A stretch of 32,000 bases of DNA from Kineococcus radiotolerans SRS30216 = ATCC BAA-149. GTDB taxonomy: Bacteria; Actinomycetota; Actinomycetes; Actinomycetales; Kineococcaceae. Positions 14,712-22,171 of the stretch are shown here, piece after piece. The stretch lies in assembly GCF_000017305.1 (NCBI RefSeq), contig NC_009664.2:1620001-1652000 (forward strand), given 5' to 3'. Under the pieces are notes generated by a model. It ran no database searches, had not been told where the DNA came from, and worked only from the letters and a program-made list of their open reading frames with translations. Within the stretch, counting starts at the first letter, position 1. Every line of letters begins with the position of its first letter. The position numbers were made by a program, and so were the translations under genes.

Positions 14712-17262
14712 AGCCGCGGACGACCCCGCGGATCCCACCCCCGACCAGCGTCGCCACGTCCACCATGGCGTTGGGCAGGGCCAGGCCGCCGGGGGCGGCG
14801 ACGTAGCAGGTCCGCCACCGGGGCTGGAAACCCTGCTTGAAGGCGCGCAGGCCCTTGAAGTTGTAGAAGCGCTCGCCGTGGGTCCACAGCAGGTGCCCGA
14901 CGCGGTCCCAGGCGGAGGGCGGGGTGTCGCCCCGCAGCCCCGCCAGCGGGGCCACCCCCAGGCTGAACGACGCGAAGCCGTTCTCCTTGGCCCACAGGAT
15001 GCACTCGACGAACAGGTAGGTCATCACGGTGCGCGGCCCGTCGGGCAGGCGCCGCATGAGGTCGACCTGCACCTCGCGCCCCTCGCCGTCGGTCCACAGG
15101 GTCGCGAAGGCGACGACCCGGCCCTCGTGGCGCACCACGGCCAACGGGAAGCGCGCGACGTACTCCTCGTCGAAGGCGCCCAGGGAGAACCGCTTCTCCT
15201 TGCCGTTGCGGTGGGTGAGCCAGGCGTCGGACACCTCGCGCAGGGCGGGCAGCAGCGGGGCGACGTCCTGCGCGGGGACGACGTCGACGGTCAGGCCCAT
15301 GCGCTGGGACTTGTTGCGGCAGTTGCGGAGGTTGACCCTGGCCTTGCCGGTGAGGGTGAAGTCGTCGAGGGGGACCACGGCCTCCTCCCCCAGCTTGGCC
15401 AGGCTCAGGCCGCACCGGCGGTAGAGGTCGGCGTGGTCGGCGGCCACGTTGTAGAAGACGGGCCGGCCCCCGTGGCGGTCGACCAGCGCCACGAAGCTCC
15501 CGACCAGGTCCTGGACGTCGCGCGGGTCGCCCACGGGGTCCCCCATCACGACCCAGCTGCGGCCCTCGACCTGGTACATGAGGAAGGACGTGCCGGCGGG
15601 GCTGAAGTGGAAGCGCTTGTCGCCGGTGAAGGCCAGGTGCGAGGTGCAGCGCCCGGACCGGGCGACGATCTCGCTGACCCGCGCCATCTCGACCTCGCAC
15701 GGGGCCTTCGGGGTGGGGGCCGCCGCCCGCAGGACCCGGCGCCCGCCGATGAGGATCCCGACGGCGCCCGCGGCCATCGCGAGCCGGTCCGCCCCGGGGG
15801 TGTCGCCGGAGACCGACGCCACCAGCAGGGGGGCGTCCACCGCGCCGCCGGACCCGCCGGACTCGTGCCACCACACGGCCGCCCCGACCAGCGCGGCCGC
15901 GGTGACCGGCCACACCGGGTTGCGGGGCAGGGCGAAGGGGGCCCCGCGGTGGAAGGCGGTGCGCGCGGGCACCAGGAGGAGGGCGAGCCCGGCGGTCACC
16001 GCGGACAGCACGAGGTCGCCGTGGGCGGCGGCGACCGCCGTGACGCCGGTGAGGAGCACGACGGTCGCCACCCACGCGCGCCGCAGCCGCAGGTGCAGGC
16101 CGCGGGCCACGAGGAGGGCGGACAACCCGGCGAGGCTGATCGTCACGGCCGACACGTCCAGCGCCCGGCCCGGCAGGTCCCCCACCACGACCATGAACAC
16201 GCCGGCGCCGGCGACGCTCAGCGCGAGCACCGAGGGCGTGAGCACTGAGGGGACGCGCACCGGGGACCCCGCGGCGGGCCCCGGGGTGCCCGCCGCGGTG
16301 CGGGCCGCGCCGAGCGCCGTGGCGCCCCGCCGGGCCTCGTGGGCGACGAGGAGCACGGCGGCCAGGAGCAGCGGCAGCACGAAGTAGCAGAGCCGGTAGG
16401 CGACCAGCGCGACCGCCAGCCCCGCGGGCGAGGTCGTCGACCCGATCAGCACCACCAGCGCCGTCTCGAAGACCCCCAGCCCGCCGGGCACGTTGCTGAC
16501 CAGCCCGGCGAGGGTCGCGACGGCGAAGGCGGCGGCGAAGGGGAGGAACGGGAGGCGGTCCCCGGCGGGCAGCAGGACGTGGAGGGCCGCGGCCATGGTC
16601 AGCCACTCGAACGTCGACAGCAGCACCTGGGCCACGGCCAGGCCGGGGGACGGCTTGGCCACGCGCCAGCGGCGCGCGCCGACCGAGCGCCCGGCCGCGG
16701 CCCACGCCAGGTACCCCACCACCGACGCCAGCAGCAGCGACCCGAGGGCCAGGACCGCGGCGCGGGGCAGGTGCAGCGCCTCCCCGGCCCGGACCGGGTC
16801 GTGCAGCACGCCGGTCCCGGCCAGGACCGCGGCACCCAGCGCCAGGGTGACCGCGTTGAAGCCGATGATCCGGGTGATCGCGGACCCGGGGACCTGCCAG
16901 CTGGAGTAGACGCGGGCCCGCAGCGCCGCCCCCACCACCGCGGAGGCGCCCAGGTTGTTGCCGAAGGCGGTGGCGACGAACGAGGCGAGGCCGTAGCGGC
17001 GGTAGGGCAGCGGGTGCTCGACGTAGCGCAGGGCCAGCGCGTCGTAGCCGGTCATCGCCAGGTAGGAGACCGCCGTCGCCCCGAGGGCGGCGAGCGCGAC
17101 GCCCGGGCCGAGCGCGAGCAGGTCGCCCCCCAGTTCCGCCCAGGAGTAGTGGCGCAGCGTGCGGTGCAGCAGCACCACGGCCGCGGCCAGCAGCGCCACC
17201 CCGACGAGGGGGGCGAGCAGGTGACGCGCGGGGCGGGCCGACGGCCGGGACGTTGGGCTCAC
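14710..17262 (-). CDS. mprF: Aminoacyl-phosphatidylglycerol synthase/flippase (MprF family: N-terminal polytopic flippase + C-terminal DUF2156 synthase domain)
   Basis: 850 aa. About 14 hydrophobic segments, followed by a cytoplasmic domain (...FTGDKRFHFSPAGTSFLMYQVEGRSWVVMGDPVGD...RFYNFKGLRAFKQGFQPRW...) typical of LPG synthase. GTG start 3 nt after the menC stop. Confidence 0.85.
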   Translation of the reverse strand: MSPTSRPSARPARHLLAPLVGVALLAAAVVLLHRTLRHYSWAELGGDLLALGPGVALAALGATAVSYLAMTGYDALALRYVEHPLPYRRYGLASFVATAFGNNLGASAVVGAALRARVYSSWQVPGSAITRIIGFNAVTLALGAAVLAGTGVLHDPVRAGEALHLPRAAVLALGSLLLASVVGYLAWAAAGRSVGARRWRVAKPSPGLAVAQVLLSTFEWLTMAAALHVLLPAGDRLPFLPFAAAFAVATLAGLVSNVPGGLGVFETALVVLIGSTTSPAGLAVALVAYRLCYFVLPLLLAAVLLVAHEARRGATALGAARTAAGTPGPAAGSPVRVPSVLTPSVLALSVAGAGVFMVVVGDLPGRALDVSAVTISLAGLSALLVARGLHLRLRRAWVATVVLLTGVTAVAAAHGDLVLSAVTAGLALLLVPARTAFHRGAPFALPRNPVWPVTAAALVGAAVWWHESGGSGGAVDAPLLVASVSGDTPGADRLAMAAGAVGILIGGRRVLRAAAPTPKAPCEVEMARVSEIVARSGRCTSHLAFTGDKRFHFSPAGTSFLMYQVEGRSWVVMGDPVGDPRDVQDLVGSFVALVDRHGGRPVFYNVAADHADLYRRCGLSLAKLGEEAVVPLDDFTLTGKARVNLRNCRNKSQRMGLTVDVVPAQDVAPLLPALREVSDAWLTHRNGKEKRFSLGAFDEEYVARFPLAVVRHEGRVVAFATLWTDGEGREVQVDLMRRLPDGPRTVMTYLFVECILWAKENGFASFSLGVAPLAGLRGDTPPSAWDRVGHLLWTHGERFYNFKGLRAFKQGFQPRWRTCYVAAPGGLALPNAMVDVATLVGGGIRGVVRG

Positions 17263-17265
17263 GGA

Positions 17266-18333
17266 TCAGGAGTCGGCAGTCCGGCGCCCGTCCTTGAAAG
17301 GAGGCCCGGCCGGCGGACCCGCCGCCGCGTCCCGCGCGAGCACCGCGTGCGCGGCGGCGAGGCGCTCGCGCCACCACCGCTCGCGGTCCGCGGGGGCGCG
17401 GTGGCGCTCCAGCAGCTCGGGGTCGGCGCGCGCCGGCCCCACGGGCAGCGACCCCCCGACCGGCAGCAGCGGCTCGGCGCTCACGTCGGCGGCGAGGAGG
17501 GCCGCGGTGCCCAGGCCGCAGGCGTGCGGGAGGTCGGGCAGGGCCGCCGCCAGCGCGGTCCCGGCGGCGAGCCCGACGCTGGTGTCGAGGGCGGAGGACA
17601 CGACGACGGGCAGCCCGCACGACCGCGCCACCTCCAGCGCGCGCGCCACCCCCGACAGCGGCGCCACCTTCACCACGACGACGTCCGCGGCCTCCAGACC
17701 GGCCACCCGCAGCGGGTCCTCGGCCTTGCGGACGCTCTCGTCGGCGGCCAGCGGCACGGGGGTCCCGGCGGCGGCCAGCCGGCGGCGCAGCAGGGCCATC
17801 TCCTCCAGCGTCGCGCAGGGCTGCTCGGCGTACTCGAGGCCGAACGCGCCCAGCACCGTCAGCGCCTCGAAGGCCTGCTCCACGCTCCAGCCGGCGTTGG
17901 CGTCGACCCGGACCGCCCCCCGCGGGCCGAGGGCCTCGCGCACGGCGGCGACCCGGGCGACGTCCTGGGCGAGGCGGACGGCGAACCCCGCCCCGGCCTC
18001 GGCGACCTTGACCTTCGCGGTCCGGCACCCGGGGAAGCGCGCCAGGACGGCGGGGACGTCGGCGGCGTCGACGGCGGGGACGGTGGCGTTGACCTCGACC
18101 CGTTCCCGGCGGGGGGGCGGGAACCCCCGCCAGGCCGCCTCGATCCCCGCGTCCAGCCACCGGGCGGACTCGACGGGCCCGTACTCCAGGAACGGCGCGA
18201 ACTCCCCCCACCCGGCGGGGCCCCGCAGCAGCAGGGCCTCGCGCTCGGTGATGCCGCGGAAGCGGCGGCGCAGCGGCAGCGTCACGACGTGGGCGGCGTC
18301 GAGCAGGTCGGTCAGCGGGGGCAGCGGCGGCAC
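17266..18333 (-). CDS. menC: o-Succinylbenzoate synthase (enolase superfamily)
   Basis: 355 aa from GTG 18333 (VPPLPPLTDLLDAAHVVTLPLRRRFRGITEREALLLRGPAGWGEF...). Includes KVKV, VRVDANAGW and EQP motifs. The upstream 68 codons of the track ORF are unlikely to be coding. Confidence 0.85.
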   Translation of the reverse strand: MPPLPPLTDLLDAAHVVTLPLRRRFRGITEREALLLRGPAGWGEFAPFLEYGPVESARWLDAGIEAAWRGFPPPRRERVEVNATVPAVDAADVPAVLARFPGCRTAKVKVAEAGAGFAVRLAQDVARVAAVREALGPRGAVRVDANAGWSVEQAFEALTVLGAFGLEYAEQPCATLEEMALLRRRLAAAGTPVPLAADESVRKAEDPLRVAGLEAADVVVVKVAPLSGVARALEVARSCGLPVVVSSALDTSVGLAAGTALAAALPDLPHACGLGTAALLAADVSAEPLLPVGGSLPVGPARADPELLERHRAPADRERWWRERLAAAHAVLARDAAAGPPAGPPFKDGRRTADS

Positions 18334-18401
18334 GGGCCCAGCATGCCCGGCCCCGCCGCGACCCCGCCGCGACCCGGCGTCGACCCGGTCGGGGGCGGGG
18401 C

Positions 18402-19028
18402 TCAGGCCGCGGGGGCCCCGGTCCCCGGGGTGACCTCGCCCGCGCCCGCCATCCGGCGGGTGGTCTCGGCGGCCACCGCGCGCAGGACGTCGAGGTCGGC
18501 CTCGGAGTAGCGGCGCACCTCGGTGTCCAGCACGCACACCGAGCCGATGACCTGCCCGTCCGGCGCGGTCAGCGGGACGCCCGCGTAGGAGCGGAACCCG
18601 TCGACGAGGTGCAGCGGGTTCTGCGCGGTCGCCTCGTCCGCGGCCATGTCCGGCACGACGTACGCCTCACCGCGGCGCACGACCGTGGCGCACAGCGACC
18701 ACTCCGCCGGGGTCGCCCGCGCCTGCGCCATCCAGCCCGCCAGGCCGTGCTCGCCGGCGATGACCTGCACCCCGGACAGGACGACGTTGGCCAGGCTCAC
18801 GGGGGTCCCGACGTCCTGGGCGGCCCCGGTGAGCAGCTCCCCCACCAGGGGCTGCACGCGCTCGACGTCGTCGGCGCCGAGGGCGGCGATCGCGCCCAGC
18901 CGCGCGGGCGCGAACAGGACGTCGTCCTCCTCGGCCGGGGCGCTCTCCAGGACCTCCTCGAGCCAGTGGACCCACTCGTTCTGCGACACCTGATCCCGCT
19001 CCCGCTCCTGCTCCCGGTGCTCGCTCAC
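18402..19028 (-). CDS. GAF domain-containing protein (stand-alone sensor, about 208 aa)
   Basis: GTG 19028 is preceded by GGAGGTGGGG. The C-terminal 150 aa read as a GAF fold (...ANVVLSGVQVIAGEHGL...YAGVPLTAPDGQVIGSVCVLD...EADLDVLRAVAAE...). No output domain. Confidence 0.7.
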   Translation of the reverse strand: MSEHREQERERDQVSQNEWVHWLEEVLESAPAEEDDVLFAPARLGAIAALGADDVERVQPLVGELLTGAAQDVGTPVSLANVVLSGVQVIAGEHGLAGWMAQARATPAEWSLCATVVRRGEAYVVPDMAADEATAQNPLHLVDGFRSYAGVPLTAPDGQVIGSVCVLDTEVRRYSEADLDVLRAVAAETTRRMAGAGEVTPGTGAPAA

Positions 19029-19372
19029 CGCACCCCACCTCCGGTCCGTTCCAGCGTCCGCCACACCCGCAGCCGCAGCAGGCAGCTGCGCACCGCCACC
19101 CGCAGCGCGGGGTCGTCGGCGTCCTCGAGCAGCCGGTTCCCCATCGTCTCCAGCTGGTCCGGCGTCAGCGCCGTCCCGTGCAGGGAGGTGGCCAGCGCCG
19201 CCCGGGACCAGGCGAGCAGGGTCCGCTGCGGGCCGACGACCGCGGCGATCTCGCGCAGCCACTGCGCCGCCTCCGGGCGCACCAGCCCGCGGACCGCCGC
19301 CCCGGAGGGCGGGGGGACGTCGGAGGGGACGGCCCGCCCCGGGGGGCTCTCGTCGCCGCTGGTCGCTCGCAC
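19025..19372 (-). CDS. Hypothetical small protein (85-115 aa, predicted helical), translationally coupled to the GAF gene
   Basis: C-terminal part of track ORF 19025..20416: ...EAAQWLREIAAVVGPQRTLLAWSRAALATSLHGTALTPDQLETMGNRLLEDADDPALRVAVRSCLLRLRVWRTLERTGGGVR. Codon position 3 is almost entirely G/C. The stop overlaps the GAF GTG (GTGA at 19025-19028). Possible starts are GTG 19372 or GTG 19282. No family recognised. Confidence 0.45.
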   Translation of the reverse strand: MRATSGDESPPGRAVPSDVPPPSGAAVRGLVRPEAAQWLREIAAVVGPQRTLLAWSRAALATSLHGTALTPDQLETMGNRLLEDADDPALRVAVRSCLLRLRVWRTLERTGGGVR

Positions 19373-19449
19373 CCCCGTCCATCGGCCACCGGCGGCGCCG
19401 CTGAAGCCCCGGGGCACCTCGCTCCCCCTGCCGGGGGGACCGCCTGCCG

Positions 19450-19455
19450 TAGCCT
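19450..19455 (+). promoter_or_regulatory. Candidate -10 hexamer TAGCCT, 7 nt upstream of the menB GTG (leaderless architecture)
   Basis: TAGCCT-gcgggtc-GTG(19463). Fits the actinobacterial TANNNT -10. No Shine-Dalgarno between hexamer and start. Confidence 0.35.
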
Positions 19456-19462
19456 GCGGGTC

Positions 19463-20404
19463 GTGTCGGCCCTGAACGGTGTGAGCGAGACCTTCGACCC
19501 CGCGTCCTGGGCGGAGGTGCCCGGGTTCGAGGACCTGCAGGACGTCACCTACCACCGCAGCGTCGTGGACGGCCCGGCGCGCGGGACGGTCCGGATCGCC
19601 TTCGACCGCCCCGAGGTGCGCAACGCGTTCCGGCCCGGGACGGTCGACGAGCTGGCCCGCGCTCTCGACCACGCCCGCCGCACCCCCGACGTCGGCTGCG
19701 TCCTGCTCACCGGCAACGGGCCCAGCCCCAAGGACGGCGGGTGGGCGTTCTGCTCCGGCGGGGACCAGCGCATCCGCGGCCGCTCCGGCTACCAGTACGC
19801 CGAGGGCGACACCGCGGAGACCGTCGACGCCGTGCGGGCGAAGGCGGAGGGCGGGCGGCTGCACGTCCTGGAGGTGCAGCGGCTCATCCGGTTCATGCCG
19901 AAGGTCGTCATCGCCGTCGTGCCCGGCTGGGCCGCGGGCGGCGGGCACAGCCTGCACGTCGTCGCGGACCTGACGATCGCCAGCGCCGAGCACGCCCGGT
20001 TCAAGCAGACCGACGCCGACGTGGGGTCCTTCGACGGCGGCTACGGCTCGGCCTACCTGGCCCGCCAGGTCGGGCAGAAGTTCGCCCGCGAGATCTTCTT
20101 CCTCGGCCGCCCCTACACCGCCCAGCAGGCCCACGAGATGGGCATGGTCAACGCCGTCGTCCCGCACGCGGAGCTGGAGGCGACCGCGCTGCAGTGGTCG
20201 GCGGAGATCAACGGCAAGTCCCCCACCGCGCAGCGGATGCTGAAGTTCGCCTTCAACGCCCTCGACGACGGGATGGTCGGGCAGCAGGTGTTCGCCGGGG
20301 AGGCGACCCGGCTGGCGTACATGACCGACGAGGCCGTCGAGGGCCGCGACGCGTTCCTCGGCAAGCGCGAACCGGACTGGTCGCCCTTCCCCTGGTACTT
20401 CTGA
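19463..20404 (+). CDS. menB: 1,4-dihydroxy-2-naphthoyl-CoA synthase (crotonase superfamily)
   Basis: 313 aa. Long near-invariant MenB blocks: ...LLTGNGPSPKDGGWAFCSGGDQRIRGRSGYQY..., KQTDADVGSFDGGYGSAYLARQVGQKFAREIFFLG, and C-terminal DWSPFPWYF. Alternative start GTG 19481. Confidence 0.92.
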   Translation: MSALNGVSETFDPASWAEVPGFEDLQDVTYHRSVVDGPARGTVRIAFDRPEVRNAFRPGTVDELARALDHARRTPDVGCVLLTGNGPSPKDGGWAFCSGGDQRIRGRSGYQYAEGDTAETVDAVRAKAEGGRLHVLEVQRLIRFMPKVVIAVVPGWAAGGGHSLHVVADLTIASAEHARFKQTDADVGSFDGGYGSAYLARQVGQKFAREIFFLGRPYTAQQAHEMGMVNAVVPHAELEATALQWSAEINGKSPTAQRMLKFAFNALDDGMVGQQVFAGEATRLAYMTDEAVEGRDAFLGKREPDWSPFPWYF

Positions 20405-20430
20405 GGGCGGGAGCACCCGCCCGCACCCGG

Positions 20431-20436
20431 CACACT
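20431..20436 (+). promoter_or_regulatory. Candidate -10-like hexamer CACACT, 7 nt upstream of the small ORF GTG 20444
   Basis: CACACT-ggtcgtc-GTG. Same spacing as at menB, ligC and 27338. Only the A2 and T6 positions match the consensus. Confidence 0.2.
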
Positions 20437-20443
20437 GGTCGTC

Positions 20444-20662
20444 GTGACCCGACAGCCCTGGTGGCGAGCGACGCAGACGCTGGAGCAGTCCAAGCGGTCC
20501 GGCATCCTCTACGTGGTCCTCGCGGCGCTGTCCTGGGCCCTGGCCCTCGACGGCCGCGGGCCGCTGGCGTGGCTGGCCGCGGTCGTCTTCACGGTGGTGG
20601 GGGCGTACTTCCTCGCCGCCTGGCGGGTCAGGCGCTCCCGCGAGGGCGACGGGACGGACTGA
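20444..20662 (+). CDS. Hypothetical small membrane protein (72 aa, two TM segments)
   Basis: ILYVVLAALSWALAL and LAWLAAVVFTVVGAYFLAAW hydrophobic segments, with high G/C at codon position 3. The 3' end overlaps the convergent GGDEF-EAL gene by 35 nt. Confidence 0.4.
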   Translation: MTRQPWWRATQTLEQSKRSGILYVVLAALSWALALDGRGPLAWLAAVVFTVVGAYFLAAWRVRRSREGDGTD

Positions 20663-22154
20663 CCGGCTCCCCCGGGGCCGCGGCGGCGGCGGGGTCGGTC
20701 CCGTCCAGCCGCGCGCGCAGCGCGGCGATCACCTCGCAGGCCTGCTCCAGCGGAGCGGGGCGGGCGTGCAGGAAGCCCTGGTGGGTGGGGGCGCCCATCC
20801 CCTCCAGCAGCCTCGCCTGCCCCTCGGTCTCGACCCCCTCGACGACGAGGCCCAGGCCCGTCGCCGAGGCCAGCAGCACCAGCCCCTCCACCAGGGCGCG
20901 GGTGCGGGGGTCGGACTCGATGTCGCGGACGTAGGAGCGGTCGATCTTGAAGGCGGTGAACGGCCGCCGGCGCAGGTAGGCCAGCGTGGCGTAGCCGGTG
21001 CCGAAGTCGTCGACGGTGAGGTGCGCGCCGGCCTCCACCAGCGCGTCCAGGGCGGCCTCGGTGCCGGGGTCCTCGGCGACCAGGACGTTCTCGGTGAGCT
21101 CCAGGACGAGGGGGCGGCCCTCCAGCCGCTCGACGGCCCCGCGCACGGCCGCGGGCAGGGCGGGGTCGCGCAGCTGCGGGGCGGAGACGTTGACGGCCAC
21201 GACGAGGGCGCGGCCGGCGGCGGCGCACAGGAGCGGGGCGTCGGCGACGCTGCGAGCCAGGACGGCCCGGCCCAGGTCGGCGATGACCCCGTGCCGCTCG
21301 GCCAGCTCGATGAACTCCCCCGGGGGGACCAGCCGGTCCCGGCGCCGCCACCGGACGAGGGCCTCCACCCCGCTGACCACGCCGGAGCGGACGTCGACGC
21401 TGGGCTGGTAGTGGACCTCCAGGCACCCGTCGGCGGGGTCGGCCGCGACCCCCGCGGCGCTCGCGGCGACCGCCCGGTGCAGCGCCTGCGCGGTCCGCAG
21501 CTCCGCCCCGCGGGCCAGCGCCGCGGAGGGGTCCCAGACCCGCACGCAGCCCCCGCCGGCGGCCTTGGCCTCCGCCACGGCCTGCTCCGCGGCGGCCAGC
21601 AGGTCCTCGGCGTGCTGGCCGCCGGGGCGGTGGGCGACCCCGACGCTCACCCCGAGGACCACCCGCGCGGTGCCGACCTCGTGGGGGGCCTCCAGCACGG
21701 CGAGCAGCCGGACGGCGACGTCGACGGCGGCACCGGGGTCGGCGAGCAGGACGGCGAACTCGTCCCCGCCCAGGCGCCCGACCTCGTCACCGCCGCGCAC
21801 GGCCGAGCGCAGCCGCCGGGCGACCTCGGTGAGGACGGCGTCGCCGGCGGCCCGGCCGTGGGTGGAGTTGAAGGCGCGGAACCCGTCGAGGCCCAGGTGC
21901 AGCAGCGCGAGCGGGTGCCCCCCGTGGGCGGCCCCGCGCTGGGCGGCGGCGACGACGGCGGTGAACCCGGCCCCGGTGAGCAGCCCCGTCACCGGGTCGG
22001 TCTCCGGGGCGGGCGGGGCGTCCGCTCCCCGTTCCAGGCCCAGCAGCCGGGTCCGGGTCCGCAGCAGCAGACCGGTGAGGACGACGAGGGCGGCGACGGC
22101 GACGACGAGGACGACCAGGGACAGCAGCAGGGCGAGGCCGAGGGTGGTGTCCAC
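20628..22154 (-). CDS. Membrane-anchored GGDEF-EAL protein (single N-terminal TM; GGDEF domain partly degenerate but with RxxD I-site; intact EAL phosphodiesterase motifs)
   Basis: 508 aa from GTG 22154 (VDTTLGLALLLSLVV...), preceded by GGTGGAGGTGGGG. Motifs: LGLDGFRAFNSTHG, RGGDEVGRLGGDEF, EALVRW, ELTEN, DDFGTGYATLAYL, KIDRSY, EGVE, HQGF. An alternative GTG at 22175 overlaps the upstream stop. Confidence 0.85.
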   Translation of the reverse strand: MDTTLGLALLLSLVVLVVAVAALVVLTGLLLRTRTRLLGLERGADAPPAPETDPVTGLLTGAGFTAVVAAAQRGAAHGGHPLALLHLGLDGFRAFNSTHGRAAGDAVLTEVARRLRSAVRGGDEVGRLGGDEFAVLLADPGAAVDVAVRLLAVLEAPHEVGTARVVLGVSVGVAHRPGGQHAEDLLAAAEQAVAEAKAAGGGCVRVWDPSAALARGAELRTAQALHRAVAASAAGVAADPADGCLEVHYQPSVDVRSGVVSGVEALVRWRRRDRLVPPGEFIELAERHGVIADLGRAVLARSVADAPLLCAAAGRALVVAVNVSAPQLRDPALPAAVRGAVERLEGRPLVLELTENVLVAEDPGTEAALDALVEAGAHLTVDDFGTGYATLAYLRRRPFTAFKIDRSYVRDIESDPRTRALVEGLVLLASATGLGLVVEGVETEGQARLLEGMGAPTHQGFLHARPAPLEQACEVIAALRARLDGTDPAAAAAPGEPVSPSRRPRGSA

Positions 22155-22171
22155 CGGGCCCCACCTCCACC

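Noticed and set aside
14657-18211. 1184-aa minus-strand ORF, the longest in this part of the track
   Set aside because: The translation is low-complexity Arg/Pro/Gly/Ala throughout, with no motifs. It is an out-of-frame shadow of the real mprF and menC frames on the same strand, a typical artefact of stop-codon scarcity in very GC-rich DNA.
19025-19372. Reading the small ORF + GAF pair as a toxin-antitoxin or defence module
   Set aside because: Only the gene geometry (small upstream ORF, 4-nt overlap) resembles a TA pair. The downstream protein is a plain GAF sensor with no nuclease/toxin motif, and no mobile-element context is present.
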